Positions 1 through 11,794 of a stretch of 64,000 nt of DNA are shown here, one piece after another. Source of the stretch: Podarcis bocagei (taxonomy: Eukaryota); assembly GCA_964188305.1 (NCBI GenBank), contig OZ076885.1; one strand, written 5' to 3'. Under the pieces are notes generated by a model. The model ran no database searches. It saw only the letters and a list, made by a program, of their open reading frames with translations, and was not told the origin of the DNA. Positions within the stretch are counted from its first letter, which is position 1. Each line of letters opens with the position of its first letter. A program made the translations under genes and the position numbers.

Positions 1-178
1 AATCTTTATAGCTGTACTCCATTTAATTTTAAAAGCCACATTATTCTAAAATTCATAAATTTTACAATATTTTTTAAGGTAGTTCTTAAATTTCTTCCAA
101 TCTTCTTCCGCCGTCTCTTTTCCCCGGTCTCGGATTCTGCCAGTCATTTCTGCTAGTCCCATATAGTCTATAATTTCA
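1..178 (-). mobile_element. LINE-1-like ORF2 C-terminal fragment
   Basis: Minus-strand translation IIDYMGLAEMTGRIRDRGKETAEEDWKKFKNYLKKYCKIYEF* resembles the end of squamate L1 ORF2 (from memory). Confidence 0.55.
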
Positions 179-282
179 AGGCGTTTCAGTTCTGTTTTGC
201 TTCTTTCTTTCCTTTGTGGTTGTCCTAAGAACTGGAATATAACCCTCATTAAACAGACTGAACACTTCTTTTGTTGTTGTAG

Positions 283-513
283 GAATTTCACATTTCCTCC
301 TTTGAAGAAAGACTTATCAAAGAAATTGAATACAGAATTATTAAAACCACCTTGGAGGAACTCCTTGAAGAAGACGGAGAAGAAATGGTGGTTGATGTTT
401 CTGAATCCGAAACAGTGGAAGCAGAATTTGAAATGAGGCTGAAGAATTACCGAATCCTTGAGGGAAGTGGTGTGACCTTTCATTGCAAGATGACTGGATA
501 TCCTTTGCCCAAG
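283..513 (+). CDS. TTN: titin exon ~23 (EFHISSFEERLIKEIEY...GYPLPK), first half of a Z-disc Ig
   Basis: tgtag| acceptor, aag|gtatgt donor, 231 nt, phase 0-0. Confidence 0.95.
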
Positions 514-731
514 GTATGTATTGTCGTATGTGTGGAGGAAAACCTTAAACACGTAGCAGAGTTCCCAAAAATAGACCAGAGGCAATTGTACTTCATTCAC
601 CAGAGCTTTTACTTGCTACTGAAGGCAAATAAGCATAATGGTCACAAATCCAGTACATTCAGGATTAGCACAGTCCATAAAAATCCAGTTGCAACAGTTA
701 CAAAGCTTATAAATGTATAACAAGACTAAAC

Positions 732-957
732 TTTGGCATGCCCAAAGTCCGTTTTGGGGGCCTAATTTGGCCCGCTGGCCGGTTTAATCTGGCCCCTGTG
801 GCAGTTTATTCCCTGGGGTAAATTTTTTAAAAAAGCTTTACACCTTCAATCCTAATCCTCTGGTCCTCTGGTCCTAATCCTTGGCCCTCTGGTCAGCCCT
901 CACGGCTCTTCACTTCATCAAATCTGGCCCTCTTTGAAAAAAGTTTGGACACCACTG
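732..957. mobile_element. non-autonomous hAT-like DNA transposon remnant
   Basis: Ends ggcatgcccaaag / gtttggacaccactg, repeated ggccc subterminal motifs, ctaaac on both flanks. Confidence 0.5.
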
Positions 958-1699
958 CCCTAAACATACTATGTTCAGAACACCACACCAGAAGGAAGAG
1001 AGATAGAAAGAGAAAGTAAAACCCAGGCTCCTTCTGGCCTATATTTATAGTCAGCATGACCTTAATTGGAAGAGATAAGAGAACCAGTTCAAGCTAGCTG
1101 CACTCGGCTTCTCCGAAGATATAACCCAAGCAATCACAAGGTTTCTTTCACACAGAAAAGCTTCCAGAAACCTCCAGAACCCTCTTGAATTAATCAGAAT
1201 AGGAAAGATCTCTATACATCAGATCAATACTTTCTGCACTAAGAAATGCAAACTGACGTGTGTGTGTGTACTTTACAACAGAACAAACTGTGCTATTTGT
1301 ACGCCTCCCACCACCACCAGTTAAATCATGTTTGTATAGGGGACATTTCTTAATTCATCTGACTGCAACAGGAAAAACCAATTTGTAAAAGTAACACCTT
1401 TCATAGTTTACAAAAGTAACACGTCTGAAGTTTTGCACACAGCTAGATGAAAACAGATATCATCTGAGGAAGCTTTGCTTTAGTGTTTTCGTTCTTTAAG
1501 TTTTACGTGCCTTTTCATGTATTGTAAAGAAAGGAAAAGGGAAGAGAGAACACATATCCACACATTTTCATGTTACCAAACCAACTATAAGAGTTGAAAA
1601 TCAACTGAGTATGTCATGGGAAATTTTAGGACATTTATAGGGAACCTCATTCTTGCCACCTACATAGTTTTGCAAGTTTGATTTTTTTTACAAATTCAG

Positions 1700-1944
1700 A
1701 TTGCATGGTACAAGGATGGCAAGCGTATCAAGCATGGAGACCACTACCACATGGAGGTTCTACAAGATGGCAGAGCCAGCCTCCGCTTACCTGTTGTCTT
1801 ACCAGAAGATGAAGGAATTTATACTGTCTTTGCCAGTAACTTAAAAGGAAATGCCATATGCTCTGCAAAATTATACGTTGAGCCTGTTGGACCAAGTGGG
1901 TCTCCAGGTTATATCCCATCGCCTGAAATGATTAGAAGATATCG
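1700..1944 (+). CDS. TTN: titin exon ~24 ([13 protein letters not shown]...MIRRY)
   Basis: ttcag| and cg|gtaaga, 245 nt, phase 0-2. Confidence 0.95.
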
Positions 1945-1950
1945 GTAAGA

Positions 1951-2452
1951 ATTTATTTTATTTTATTTATTTATTTAGTAAATTTATATACACCCTTCCT
2001 CATAAGGTCTCAGGGCGGGTCGCAGAATAGAATACAAGATAAAAACACAAGTAAATGATTAGAACGAAACAGCAAAACAAGAACCACTTCCTTCCCACAA
2101 ACACATTTAAAAGGCTGTAGAATATTTATCAGCCAAAGGCCTGGTTGAAGAGGAATGTTTTCACCTGGCGCCTAAAAATATACAATGAAGGCGCCAGGCG
2201 AACCTCCCTGGGATGAGCATTTCATAAACAGTGAGCCACTACAGAGAAAGTCTGTTCTTGTGTGGCCATCCTCTGGACCGCATGTGGAAGAGGCACATGA
2301 AAAAGGGACTCAGATGATGAACGCAGAGTATGGCACAGTTTATATGGGGAGGTATATACCTTGAGGTATTGCAGGCCTGAGCTATTTAAGGCTTTATAGG
2401 TCATAACCAGCAGTTTGAATTGGGCCTGGAAACTAATTGGCAGCCACTGCAG
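1951..2452 (-). mobile_element. LINE-2 3' fragment
   Basis: (TTTA)n tail; minus-strand peptide TYKALNSSGLQYLK..LRSSSESLFHVP..FSVVA typical of the L2 ORF2 end; similar to the copy at 11795-12461. Confidence 0.75.
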
Positions 2453-2844
2453 AATAAGTCACACCACTAAGAGAGTCTAGGGAGAGGAGTGGCCCACTAC
2501 ATTATACCCAAAACACAGGTGGTGGCCCTGTGACCCTACATATGTTGTTGGACTACAGCTCCCCTCACCATTGGTCATGCTGGCTGGGGCTGATGGGAAA
2601 TTGAGTCCAGTAACAACTGGAACGCTACAAGTTCACTAACACTGGCCTAGGATGACTATGGCCACATACAAGTAGTACTTTGTATGTCCCACAACACAGC
2701 ACTCTCTAATTAATTGACATAAGCGCCCCTTAAGCCATCTGTATGGCTGTAATGGAATTACTCAAAGGAGGGTCCCTGTAGGTTGCTACATTTCAGATAT
2801 CATTGGTAGCATGTGTTTAATAGGATGGTTTATTATCTTTGCAG

Positions 2845-3068
2845 GTCTCTCTCTCCTCGCTCCCCAAGCCGCTCTCCTGCCCGCAGTTCCCCTTCACGCT
2901 CACCTGCACGGAGACTGGAGGAGACGGACGAAGCACAGCTGGAGAGGTTGTACAAGCCAGTGTTCGTCTTGAAGCCAACCTCATTTAAATGTGCAGAAGG
3001 GCAGACGGCGAGATTTGACCTCAAAGTTGTGGGCAGACCCATGCCAGAAACATACTGGTTCCACAATG
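2845..3068 (+). CDS. TTN: titin exon ~25, Ser-Pro repeat (SLSPRSPSRSPARSSPSRSPA) plus Ig N-terminal half
   Basis: tgcag| and g|gtatga, 224 nt, phase 2-1. Confidence 0.95.
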
Positions 3069-3173
3069 GTATGACACTCACCACTCGTCGTGCAGCTCTT
3101 TGCAAAATCAAAGATTCACATTGAAGGAAAACAACACTCCGGTCTAAAATAATACGTATATTTATTTCCATAG

Positions 3174-3338
3174 GTCAACAAGTCCTTAACGATTACACAC
3201 ATAAAATTGTGATTAAGGAAGATGGCACACAGTCGCTGATTATTGTTCCAGCTACACCTGATGATTCCGGTGAATGGGTTGTAATTGCCCAAAACAGAGC
3301 AGGCAAAACATCCATCACAATGACCCTGACAGTGGAAG
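3174..3338 (+). CDS. TTN: titin exon ~26 (GQQVLNDYTHKIVIKEDG...TLTVE)
   Basis: catag| and g|gtattt, 165 nt, phase 1-1. Confidence 0.95.
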
Positions 3339-3428
3339 GTATTTGCTCTACCTCTTTTGGACATTGATTACAGTAGTCTACCTCCTCAGTATCTTCATCT
3401 GATAACCTGTCATCTTCTTCTTTTTTAG

Positions 3429-3597
3429 CTAAGGAACACTTAGTGAGACCACTGTTTGTAGAGAAGCTGAAGAACATGAGTGTTAAGGAGGGAAATAAAC
3501 TGGAAATGAATGTGCGGGCCAGGGGTAACCCTAATCCTGACATTGTGTGGCTGAAGAACAGTGACATCATCGTACCCCACAAATATCCAAACATAAA
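3429..3597 (+). CDS. TTN: titin exon ~27 (AKEHLVRPLFVEKLKN...HKYPNI)
   Basis: tttag| and aa|gtgagt, 169 nt, phase 1-2. Confidence 0.95.
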
Positions 3598-3854
3598 GTG
3601 AGTCTTTATTGATTTTGTTCGGTAAATCTATAACTAGTTTGTTTCATCTGTAATGGGGTGAAAGAAATCATTTATTTGTATACATACACATGTACAAACA
3701 ATGCCATATTCAATGGCTACACCGCAATTGAAATATAACTCAATAAATGAGTAAGGAAATTAAGGAGAGTTATTTGTAAGATAAAACGAGCTCCCCCAGT
3801 GGCATTTCCAACCAATGCTCATACACCAGTTCAAGAACTTCCACAGCACTACTA

Positions 3855-4110
3855 GAGAGCCAGTGTGGTGTAGTGGTTAAGAGCAGTGGACTCGTAACCT
3901 GGTGAACCGGGTTCGCATCTCCGCTCCTCCACATGCAGCTGCTGGGTGACCTTGGACCAGTCACACTTCTCTGAAGTCTCTCAGCCTCACTCACCTCACA
4001 GAGTGTTTGTTGTGGGGGAGGAAGGGAAAGGAGAATGTTAGCTGCTTTGAGACTCCTTCGGGTAGTGATAAAGCGGGATATCAAATCCAAACTCCTCCTC
4101 TTCTTCTCTT
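3855..4110 (+). mobile_element. tRNA-derived SINE (Squam3-like)
   Basis: A box tggtgtagtgg, B box ggttcgcatct, CORE-like gggtgaccttgg..cagtcac, (CTT)n tail, ctacta on both flanks. Confidence 0.78.
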
Positions 4111-4281
4111 CTACTAAATAAGATATTGTGGGTGGGTGAGCTGGATTTTATGTAGATTTCAGTGAAATTCTCCAGAAGCGTCTGTGAATTTGCTAACCAT
4201 TAAAACAAAAAACAATTGCATTGAAGTGACCGAAAAGCTCTACGAAGAGCAAATGTTTACTTTTGACACTCTGTGTTTCAG

Positions 4282-5972
4282 AATTGAAGGAACAAAAGGA
4301 GAAGCTGCCCTGAAAATCGAGCGCACTGTGAGACATGATGCTGCATGGTATACTGCGACGGCCATCAACAAAGCTGGACGTGACACTACACGGTGTAAAG
4401 TGAATGTTGAAGTTGAGCTCACTGAACCCGAACCAGAGAGGAGATTAATCATTCCCAAGGGGACTTACAAAGCAAAAGAGATTGCAGCACCAGAACTAGA
4501 ACCTCTCCACTTGCGTTATGGTCAAGAGCAGTGGGAGGAAGGTGACCTTTACGACAAAGAAAAACAACAGAAGCCGTTTTTCAAGAAGAAGCTCACTTCC
4601 TTAAGGCTGAAGCGCTTTGGGCCAGCCCATTTTGAGTGCAGACTCACGCCGATTGGTGACCCAACCATGGTGGTGGAGTGGCTGCACGATGGCAAGCCCT
4701 TGGAGGCAGCCAACAGGCTTAGAATGATTAATGAATTTGGATATTGCAGCCTTGACTATGACGTATCCTATCCCAGAGACAGTGGAGTGATCACCTGCAG
4801 AGCTACAAACAAATATGGCACTGATCACACATCGGCGACACTCATTGTTAAGGACGAGAAGAGCCTTGTTGAAGAATCCCAACTGCCAGAAGGCAGGATG
4901 GGGCTGCAACGCATTGAAGAACTCGAGAGAATGGCCCATGAGGGCGCTCTTCATGGAGTTACAGAAGATCAGAAAGTCAAACAGAAGCCAGAAATAGTCT
5001 TGTTTCCTGAACCAGCAAGAGTTATTGAGGGTGAAATAGCACGGTTCCGCTGCCGGGTGACTGGTTATCCGCAGCCCAAAGTCAACTGGTACCTCAATGG
5101 CCAACTCATTCGCAAAAGCAAGAGGTTTAGACTCCGTTACGATGGGATCTATTACTTGGATATTGTGGACTGCAAATCCTACGATACAGGTGAAGTAAAA
5201 GTAGCTGCTGAAAACCCCGAAGGTGCAACGGAACACAAGGTGAAACTTGAGATTCAGCAGCGGGAAGATTTCAGATCCGTGCTTCGCCGAGCACCTGAGC
5301 CTAAGCATGAAGCTCCAGCAACGGAGCCTGGCAAACTTTTGTTTGAAGTTCAAAAGGTCGACAAGCCCGTTGAGAAAACTACCAAGGAGGTGGTGACGCT
5401 GAAGAAGGCCGAAAAAGTGAGCCACGAAAAAGTGTCTGAAGAATCTGAAGAACTCCGCAGTAAATTCAAGCGCAGAACTGAGGAGGGCTATTTTGAAGCA
5501 ATCACCGCTGTGGAGCTCAAATCTCGCAAGAAGGACGAGTCCTATGAAGAGCTGCTTAAAAAGACAAAGGATGAACTTCTTCACTGGACCAAAGAGTTAA
5601 CCGAGGAAGAGAAGAAAGCCCTGTTGGAAGAAGGCAAAGTCACTATTCCAACCATCAGGCCAGAGAAGGTTCAACTCAGTCCCAGCATGGAGGCTCCCAA
5701 AATACTTGAACGCATCCAAAGCCAGACAGTTGGCCAAGGAAGTGATGCTCATTTCCGCGTCCGTGTGGTAGGCAAACCAGACCCAGAGTGCCAGTGGTTC
5801 AAAAACGGTGTGCAGATTGAGAGGTCAGATCGCATCTATTGGTTCTGGCCGGAAGATAATGTTTGTGAGCTGGTCATCCGAGACGTAACAGCAGAGGACT
5901 CTGCCAGCATCATGGTGAAAGCCATTAACATAGCTGGTGAAACCTCAAGTCATGCTTTCTTGTTAGTACAAG
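4282..5972 (+). CDS. TTN: titin exon ~28: last Z-disc Igs (Z8-Z9), Z/I junction sequence and Ig I1
   Basis: ttcag| and g|gtaata, 1691 nt, phase 2-1; lies within ORF 4184..6049. Confidence 0.97.
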
Positions 5973-6093
5973 GTAATATCCCTTTTCAAAAGGGGGCCTC
6001 TTGCCCCCTTTCCAAAATGTTGTCTTCTTTTTACGCTCAAATCATATAATATTCATTCTCATCTTTTGGCCTCTCTTTTTATTTTCTTTGCAG

Positions 6094-6375
6094 CCAAGCA
6101 GCATATCACATTCACACAGACTTTACAAGATGTCACTGCTAAGGAGAAAGATTCGATGGCGACCTTTGAGTGTGAAACCTCCGAGCCTTTTGTTAAAGTG
6201 CAGTGGTACAAGAATGGTCTGGAGATTTCTTACGGAGACAAATACAGAACGCACTCTGACAGGAAGGCTCACTTCCTTTCAGTGCTAATGATTGATAAGT
6301 CCGATGAAGACGATTACAGCTGTGCCCTGGTGGAAGACGAGTCTGTAAAGACAACAGCCAAACTAATTGTTGAAG
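6094..6375 (+). CDS. TTN: titin exon ~29, Ig I2
   Basis: tgcag| and g|gtgagg, 282 nt, phase 1-1. Confidence 0.95.
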
Positions 6376-6396
6376 GTGAGGGCAAAGGTTACTCTA

Positions 6397-6738
6397 AAAG
6401 TAAAGGGACCCCTGACCATTAGGTCCAGTCGTGATCGACTCTGGGGTTGCTCATCTTGCTTTATTGGCCGAGGGAGCCGGCATACAGCTTCCGGGTCATG
6501 TGGCCAGCATGACTAAGCTGCTTCTGGCGTACCAGAGCAGCGCACGGAAATGCCGTTTACCTTTCCACCAGAGTGGTACCTATTTATCTACTTGCACTTT
6601 GATGCGCTTTCAAACTGGTAGGTTTGGAGCAGGGACGGAGGAACGGGAGCTCACCCCGTCACGGGAATTCAAACCGCCGATCTTCTGATCGGCAAGTCCT
6701 AGGCTCTGTGGTTTAACCCACAGTGCCACCCGTGTCCC
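6397..6738 (-). mobile_element. Sauria SINE, full length
   Basis: Reverse-complement match to the copy at 62136; TSD aaaggttactcta at 6384-6396 and 6744-6756. Confidence 0.9.
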
Positions 6739-7372
6739 TTGCAAAAGGTTACTCTAGTACAACGTAATTTCTATCTCAGTCACTCTTTATTACTATAGAA
6801 ATATGGGTGGTGCTGTGTAATGAGTGGCTCTTAGTGCAGGCTTCTCAGACCATAGATTTCCCCAGTGGCCAGATCGAACAACTGGTCTGATCAGCTGCAC
6901 ATTCTGCGCAACTAATGAGCACTGAGCCCAAGTTCCTGATTCTTTAAGTCTTGGAAGGTTTGCAGCGACAAAGTGAACCCAAATCAAAATGAGTGCTTGG
7001 GCAATCATGTAACCATTCTGATGCCCAACCCTAGTCACTTTTAAAATAGCCAGCCTTGCACTATTCAATTGGCCTATGGTTAAAAACAAACAGCCCTGTT
7101 TTCAGGCTAGCTGGGGCTGATGGGAGTTTGGAGTTGTCTGTGGGAGGGGCTGCAGATTCTCTGTCTTTGTATTTAAATCATTGGTGCATGGGCATAGCCC
7201 TAGATTAGCATAGAATGTACAAACATAAGAAGAGCTTGCTGGATCAGTCCACATTTTGAAAAGATGGAAGTATTTTGAACTGGGCATTCTTTTTAATTCT
7301 GTTGCTAAGAAACATTATGGAAAGTTCGTAAGTAATAAAATCACTTACTGAGATGTTTGCATCTGAATGCAG

Positions 7373-7639
7373 GTGCTGTTATTGAGTTTATTAAAGAACT
7401 AGAAGACATTGAAGTCCCAGAAACCTTCTCGGGGGAACTGGAATGCGAGCTTTCGCCTGAAGATGTCGAAGGAAAATGGTATCATAATGAGGTGGAGCTC
7501 AAACCCAGTAATAAGTATCTGATAACCTCACGCCGAGGTCGCCAAATCCTCACAGTTAAAGATGTTGCTAAAGAAGATCAAGGAGAATACAGCTTTGTGG
7601 CAGATGGGAAAAAGACCTCCTGTAAACTGAAGATGAAGC
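7373..7639 (+). CDS. TTN: titin exon ~30, Ig I3
   Basis: tgcag| and c|gtaagt, 267 nt. Confidence 0.95.
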
Positions 7640-8724
7640 GTAAGTTGTTCTGCCTTCTAAATACTTGAGAGCAGGAGTGGGAAACCCATTTTCTTCCCCA
7701 GGCCCAAAGACCATATCCTATCATGAGTAGCCTTCCATCATGCTAGTGGTGGGTGGAGCTGGAAGCAGAGGCCAGAAGTGCAGATGGGTGGAACCACAAG
7801 TCTAGCTCTTGTCTTTGTGTAGTTGGTAACATTCCCATTCAACAATGCAGTATTCCAATGGTGTGGTGTGCGTGTGCGTGCATGCGTGCGTGCAGACACA
7901 CATTATTATTACTATTGTTATTATTATTTCATTTCTATACTACTTTATATTTTTAAGAAAAAAAACTCAAAGAGGTTTGCATCCTACATTAAAACATCAA
8001 ATAAATCAATCCAGAACAAAACATGACAGAAGAAAGTCAGCTATAAAGTATACATTCAAAGCAGCTTACTTAACAGGAAAGTAAAATATTATCTTGAAGA
8101 CTGCAAAATAAAACATTACAAAGAAGGTCAACTATAGAATGCATATTTAACGCAGCAAATTTAACAAAAAAATCTTAGAACATTTTGAAAGAAAATATTA
8201 CTAAAGGAAGTCAAATAGCAAATGCACATTTAAAACAGCACAATTAGCAAGAAAATAAAACATTATCCTAACCATGGAACTGCTGCTGTTGCTGCCAGTC
8301 TTGTCAATGATGGTTCATGGCAGGCAGTGTCTGTGGAAGTTCAGGCTCAGTGGGACTCACCTGGGTCTGCACTAAGACAACCAAGATGGTCTCTGGCAGC
8401 TTCAGCAGCTTCGGCTTTTGTAGCTGGAGTCAGTCCGGGCTCTGCCCACCCTGGTCACATGGGGAAAGGTCTGTAAAGCAGGGAGCAGGTCCCCCAGGAC
8501 TGACAACCAGGGTGTCCTTGCACTGCTCTCTGTCCAAGCAATCAAGAGACATCTTCAGAGTTCAAGGACACATTCCTTCCAGTCAAAGGCAACTGAGGAG
8601 CACCCAGAGCAGGGCTACTGACAGGTGCAGCCTGGCTAGGGGAGAAAGGTTCCCCATCCCTATTTTATTGAAGCTCCTGATCATTGTTTAATAACTTCTT
8701 GCTTCTCTTTCGCATTCCATACAG

Positions 8725-8997
8725 CACGGCCTGTCGCTGTCCTTCAAGGTCTTACTGACCAGAAAGTCTGCGAGGGCGACATTGTGCAACTTGAAGTGAA
8801 ACTCTCCCAAGAAAACGTTGAAGGTGTCTGGATGAAGGATGGTGTCGAGATTCAACCAAGCGACCGTGTCCACATTGTAGTAGATAAGCAGTCACATATG
8901 TTGCTGGTGGAAGATGTCACAAAGGAAGACAGCGGAGCATACTCCTTCAACATCCCCAGCCTGCTCCTCTCAACCACTGGCCGTGTCACAGTCTATA
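8725..8997 (+). CDS. TTN: titin exon ~31, Ig I4
   Basis: tacag| and a|gtaagt, 273 nt. Confidence 0.95.
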
Positions 8998-9247
8998 GTA
9001 AGTGCCTGTGTTTTGGAAGTCGTATAACAAAATGCAAGTCATAATTGTCTTGCGAAATTTGCTGCGCTAAGTGTGGGGAGGGCAGCCATCCTACGTAGCT
9101 TTAACAAAAGGATGACAAATGAGCCGCATGTTATGACAACTATGTGGAACCTGCATGTACAGAATGGAACCTATATGTATAGAGGAACCTATAGATATAC
9201 TGCTGTATATCTCTGCCATCATCACAATAACTGGGGATAGCTATATG

Positions 9248-9528
9248 GGAACATAGGGCACTGCCTTATACTGAATCAGACCATGGTCCATCTAGTTCAG
9301 TCCAGGGTTTCCCAAACTTGGATCTCCAGCTGTTTTGGGACTACAGTTCCCATCATCCCTGACCACTGGTCCTGCTAGCTAGGGATGCTGGGATTTGTAG
9401 TCCCCAAACAGCTTTCGAAAACCCTGGTCTACACTGATTGGCAGTGGCTCTCCGGGGTTTTAGAGAGGGTTCTCTCTCAGCACTACCAAGAATTGCTAGT
9501 GATTGAATCTGGGACCTTCTGCATGCCA
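9248..9528 (-). mobile_element. old tRNA-derived SINE (Squam2-like) with a nested palindromic MITE at 9303-9426
   Basis: ctgccttatactgaatcagacc..gtctacactgattggcagtggctctcc..gattgaatctgggaccttctgcatgc interrupted by cagggtttccc...gaaaaccctg inverted ends. Confidence 0.55.
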
Positions 9529-9703
9529 TCTGTAAAGCTATCTGAGACATTTGGACACCTGATGCTTCAGATAATTACACTGGGAGGAGGATCTTGGTTC
9601 CATCCATTTTTGTACATTTCTCACATTCTTATATACTTAAGCTAAAAGCACCAGAATCCATGTATTGATCTTTCAATATAAATCTCTTATCTGCAATTTG
9701 CAG

Positions 9704-9967
9704 GTGTGGAAATTATTATACCACTAAAAGATGTCCATGCTATTGAGGGTACAAGAGCCATCCTTGAAAGCAAAATTTCAGTCCCTGACGTGTCTTCGTC
9801 CAAGTGGTACCTAAACGATGAGCAAATAAAACCTGATGACCGTGTCCAAGCTGTCTCCAAAGGCACAAAGCAGAGGCTCGTGTTTACCAGGACACATGCG
9901 TCAGATGAAGGACACTGTAAACTGGCAGTAGGCAAGGTTGAAACCAGCTGCAATCTCACAATTGAAG
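9704..9967 (+). CDS. TTN: titin exon ~32, Ig I5
   Basis: tgcag| and g|gtaagt, 264 nt. Confidence 0.95.
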
Positions 9968-10070
9968 GTAAGTATTCTTCAGATAGGCAGGCTTTATTAA
10001 AATACATATTCTGATCGTGCAACAAGTAACAACTTGATTCTACTGTCGCCTTTTGTTTTTTAAACAACAG

Positions 10071-10331
10071 AAATTCAGATTATTAAAGGTCTTCACGATA
10101 TCACCTGCACCGAAACTCAGAATGTAACCTTTGAAGTTGAGCTGTCCCACGCAGGGATTGATGTTGTGTGGCATTTTAAGGACCAAGAGCTCAAAGCTGG
10201 GCCCAAGTATAAGATCGAAGCACATGGCACAATCTATAAACTGACAGTGGTAAACATGATGAAAGACGATGAAGGAGAGTATACATTTTATGCTGGAGAA
10301 AAGAAGACATCTGGGACACTGGTTGTAGCAG
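10071..10331 (+). CDS. TTN: titin exon ~33, Ig I6 (EIQIIKGLHDITCTETQNVTFEVELSH...)
   Basis: aacag| and g|gttagt, 261 nt; read manually, absent from the ORF track. Confidence 0.94.
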
Positions 10332-10644
10332 GTTAGTTATTTATAAAGCACTTGACTTTTTCTTGAAGGTCAAATGCTCTGCTGTTTATATTTGTTAGTT
10401 CAGTTCATAATTAAGTCCATGAGACCTGCCAAACAAACAAACAAACCATGGTGAATGATAGTTGGAAGAAAGTGGACATTCCTAAGAAGAGGAATTCCTT
10501 TCCAACTCCTAGTCTGGGAGTAGTTGCATTATAATCCATTTTGTCTCCTTGGAAACATGGGGAAGGAGAGCATCATCAGGTCAACATGGTCTATGGATCC
10601 AATAGAGATCAATACAGCAATGATGGTGATGATGACAGTTTAAT

Positions 10645-10870
10645 TAATTAAGTATACCTCCACTCATGTGACTGGGTTGCCCCAGTCACTGGGGGGGGGG
10701 GGCTTTCAACAAAATATAAAGGGATAATACAAAACACGCAGCCTTAAAAGCTTCCCGAAACAGGGCTGCCTTCAGATGTCTACCAAAGTTCATAGAATTT
10801 TTTAACTCTTTGACATCTGAAGGGTGGACATTCCACCAGGTGGGTGCAACTACTGAGAAGGTCCTCTGTT
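10645..10870 (-). mobile_element. LINE-2 3' fragment (second family)
   Basis: Minus-strand peptide TFSVVAPTWWNVHPSDVKE..FGRHLKAALFREAF. Confidence 0.65.
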
Positions 10871-11149
10871 TTTCAGTTTTTCTCTGGGACCACCACTTAA
10901 TGTGGCCTGTAGGAATGTCACTTACAGGAACATACAAATGTGCAATGCTTCAGAGTGCTGTGGAGCGCATCACCCTCCCAAGGTTATCTACGTGACCCTC
11001 ACCCTGGTTATGGTAGCAGCAGTTGCCTGTCTGCATAGATAGCAGCAGCTACTGCACCAGGAACACCATCAACATAGACTATTAGTGTAGTCAGTAGGCA
11101 TCTAATCAGAGGGACAACAAATACAAGCTTGTCCTTTATTTCCCCACAG

Positions 11150-11410
11150 GTGGTGCCATTTCAAAGCCCCTCACTGATCTAACTGTGGCCGAATCCCAGA
11201 AAGCTGTTTTTGAATGTGAAGTAACCAATCCAGACTCTGAGGGCCAGTGGCTGAAGGATGGGAAACCACTTTCAATGACTGATCGCTGCAAAAGTGAATC
11301 CGATGGTTTGAAGAGGAGACTTAATATCCCAATCAGCAAAGTAGATGATGTTGGCGAATATACCTATCAAGTGGCCTCTTCGAAAACATCCGCTAAGCTG
11401 AAAGTTGAAA
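11150..11410 (+). CDS. TTN: titin exon ~34, Ig I7
   Basis: cacag| and a|gtgagt, 261 nt. Confidence 0.95.
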
Positions 11411-11794
11411 GTGAGTAATCAATGGGGAAAGTTTGTCTCAATTCCACACTGGACAAATTGGAAAAAATCTCCCAAAATGGATATTCCTGTTAATAATTTT
11501 GTAAAATATATTTAGGGGGGGAAATGGACTGTAAGAACTCTATGGAATCTGCTTGTCTGAACTTAACAGTATATTTCAGCTATGCAATTGGTAGCTATAC
11601 TCTTACATTTTTATTACACAATACCTAAGAGTTGTGTAAACGGGGAACTCCAGTTATGCGATGAGCCAGTACTCCAGCACAATATAGCTTCAATCCTGAG
11701 AGGTTCAGCAGAAAGGGGGTGCGGGGCCTTCCTCTCACCAGCACCCACCTTAACACCCTTTTTAGAGGGGGTTCTCAGGATAGGACTATCCTGA

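Noticed and set aside
3855-3930. tRNA gene (A and B boxes), also at 62136-62220
   Set aside because: These are SINE heads that continue into SINE bodies, tails and target duplications
4601-5584. 327-aa antisense ORF and many other minus-strand ORFs over exons
   Set aside because: Shadows of the purine-rich coding strand (F/L/S-rich), with no domain signature or splice logic
7860-7930. TG/TGCG and ATT microsatellites, G runs at ~10692 and ~14926
   Set aside because: Ordinary simple repeats with no further supporting structure
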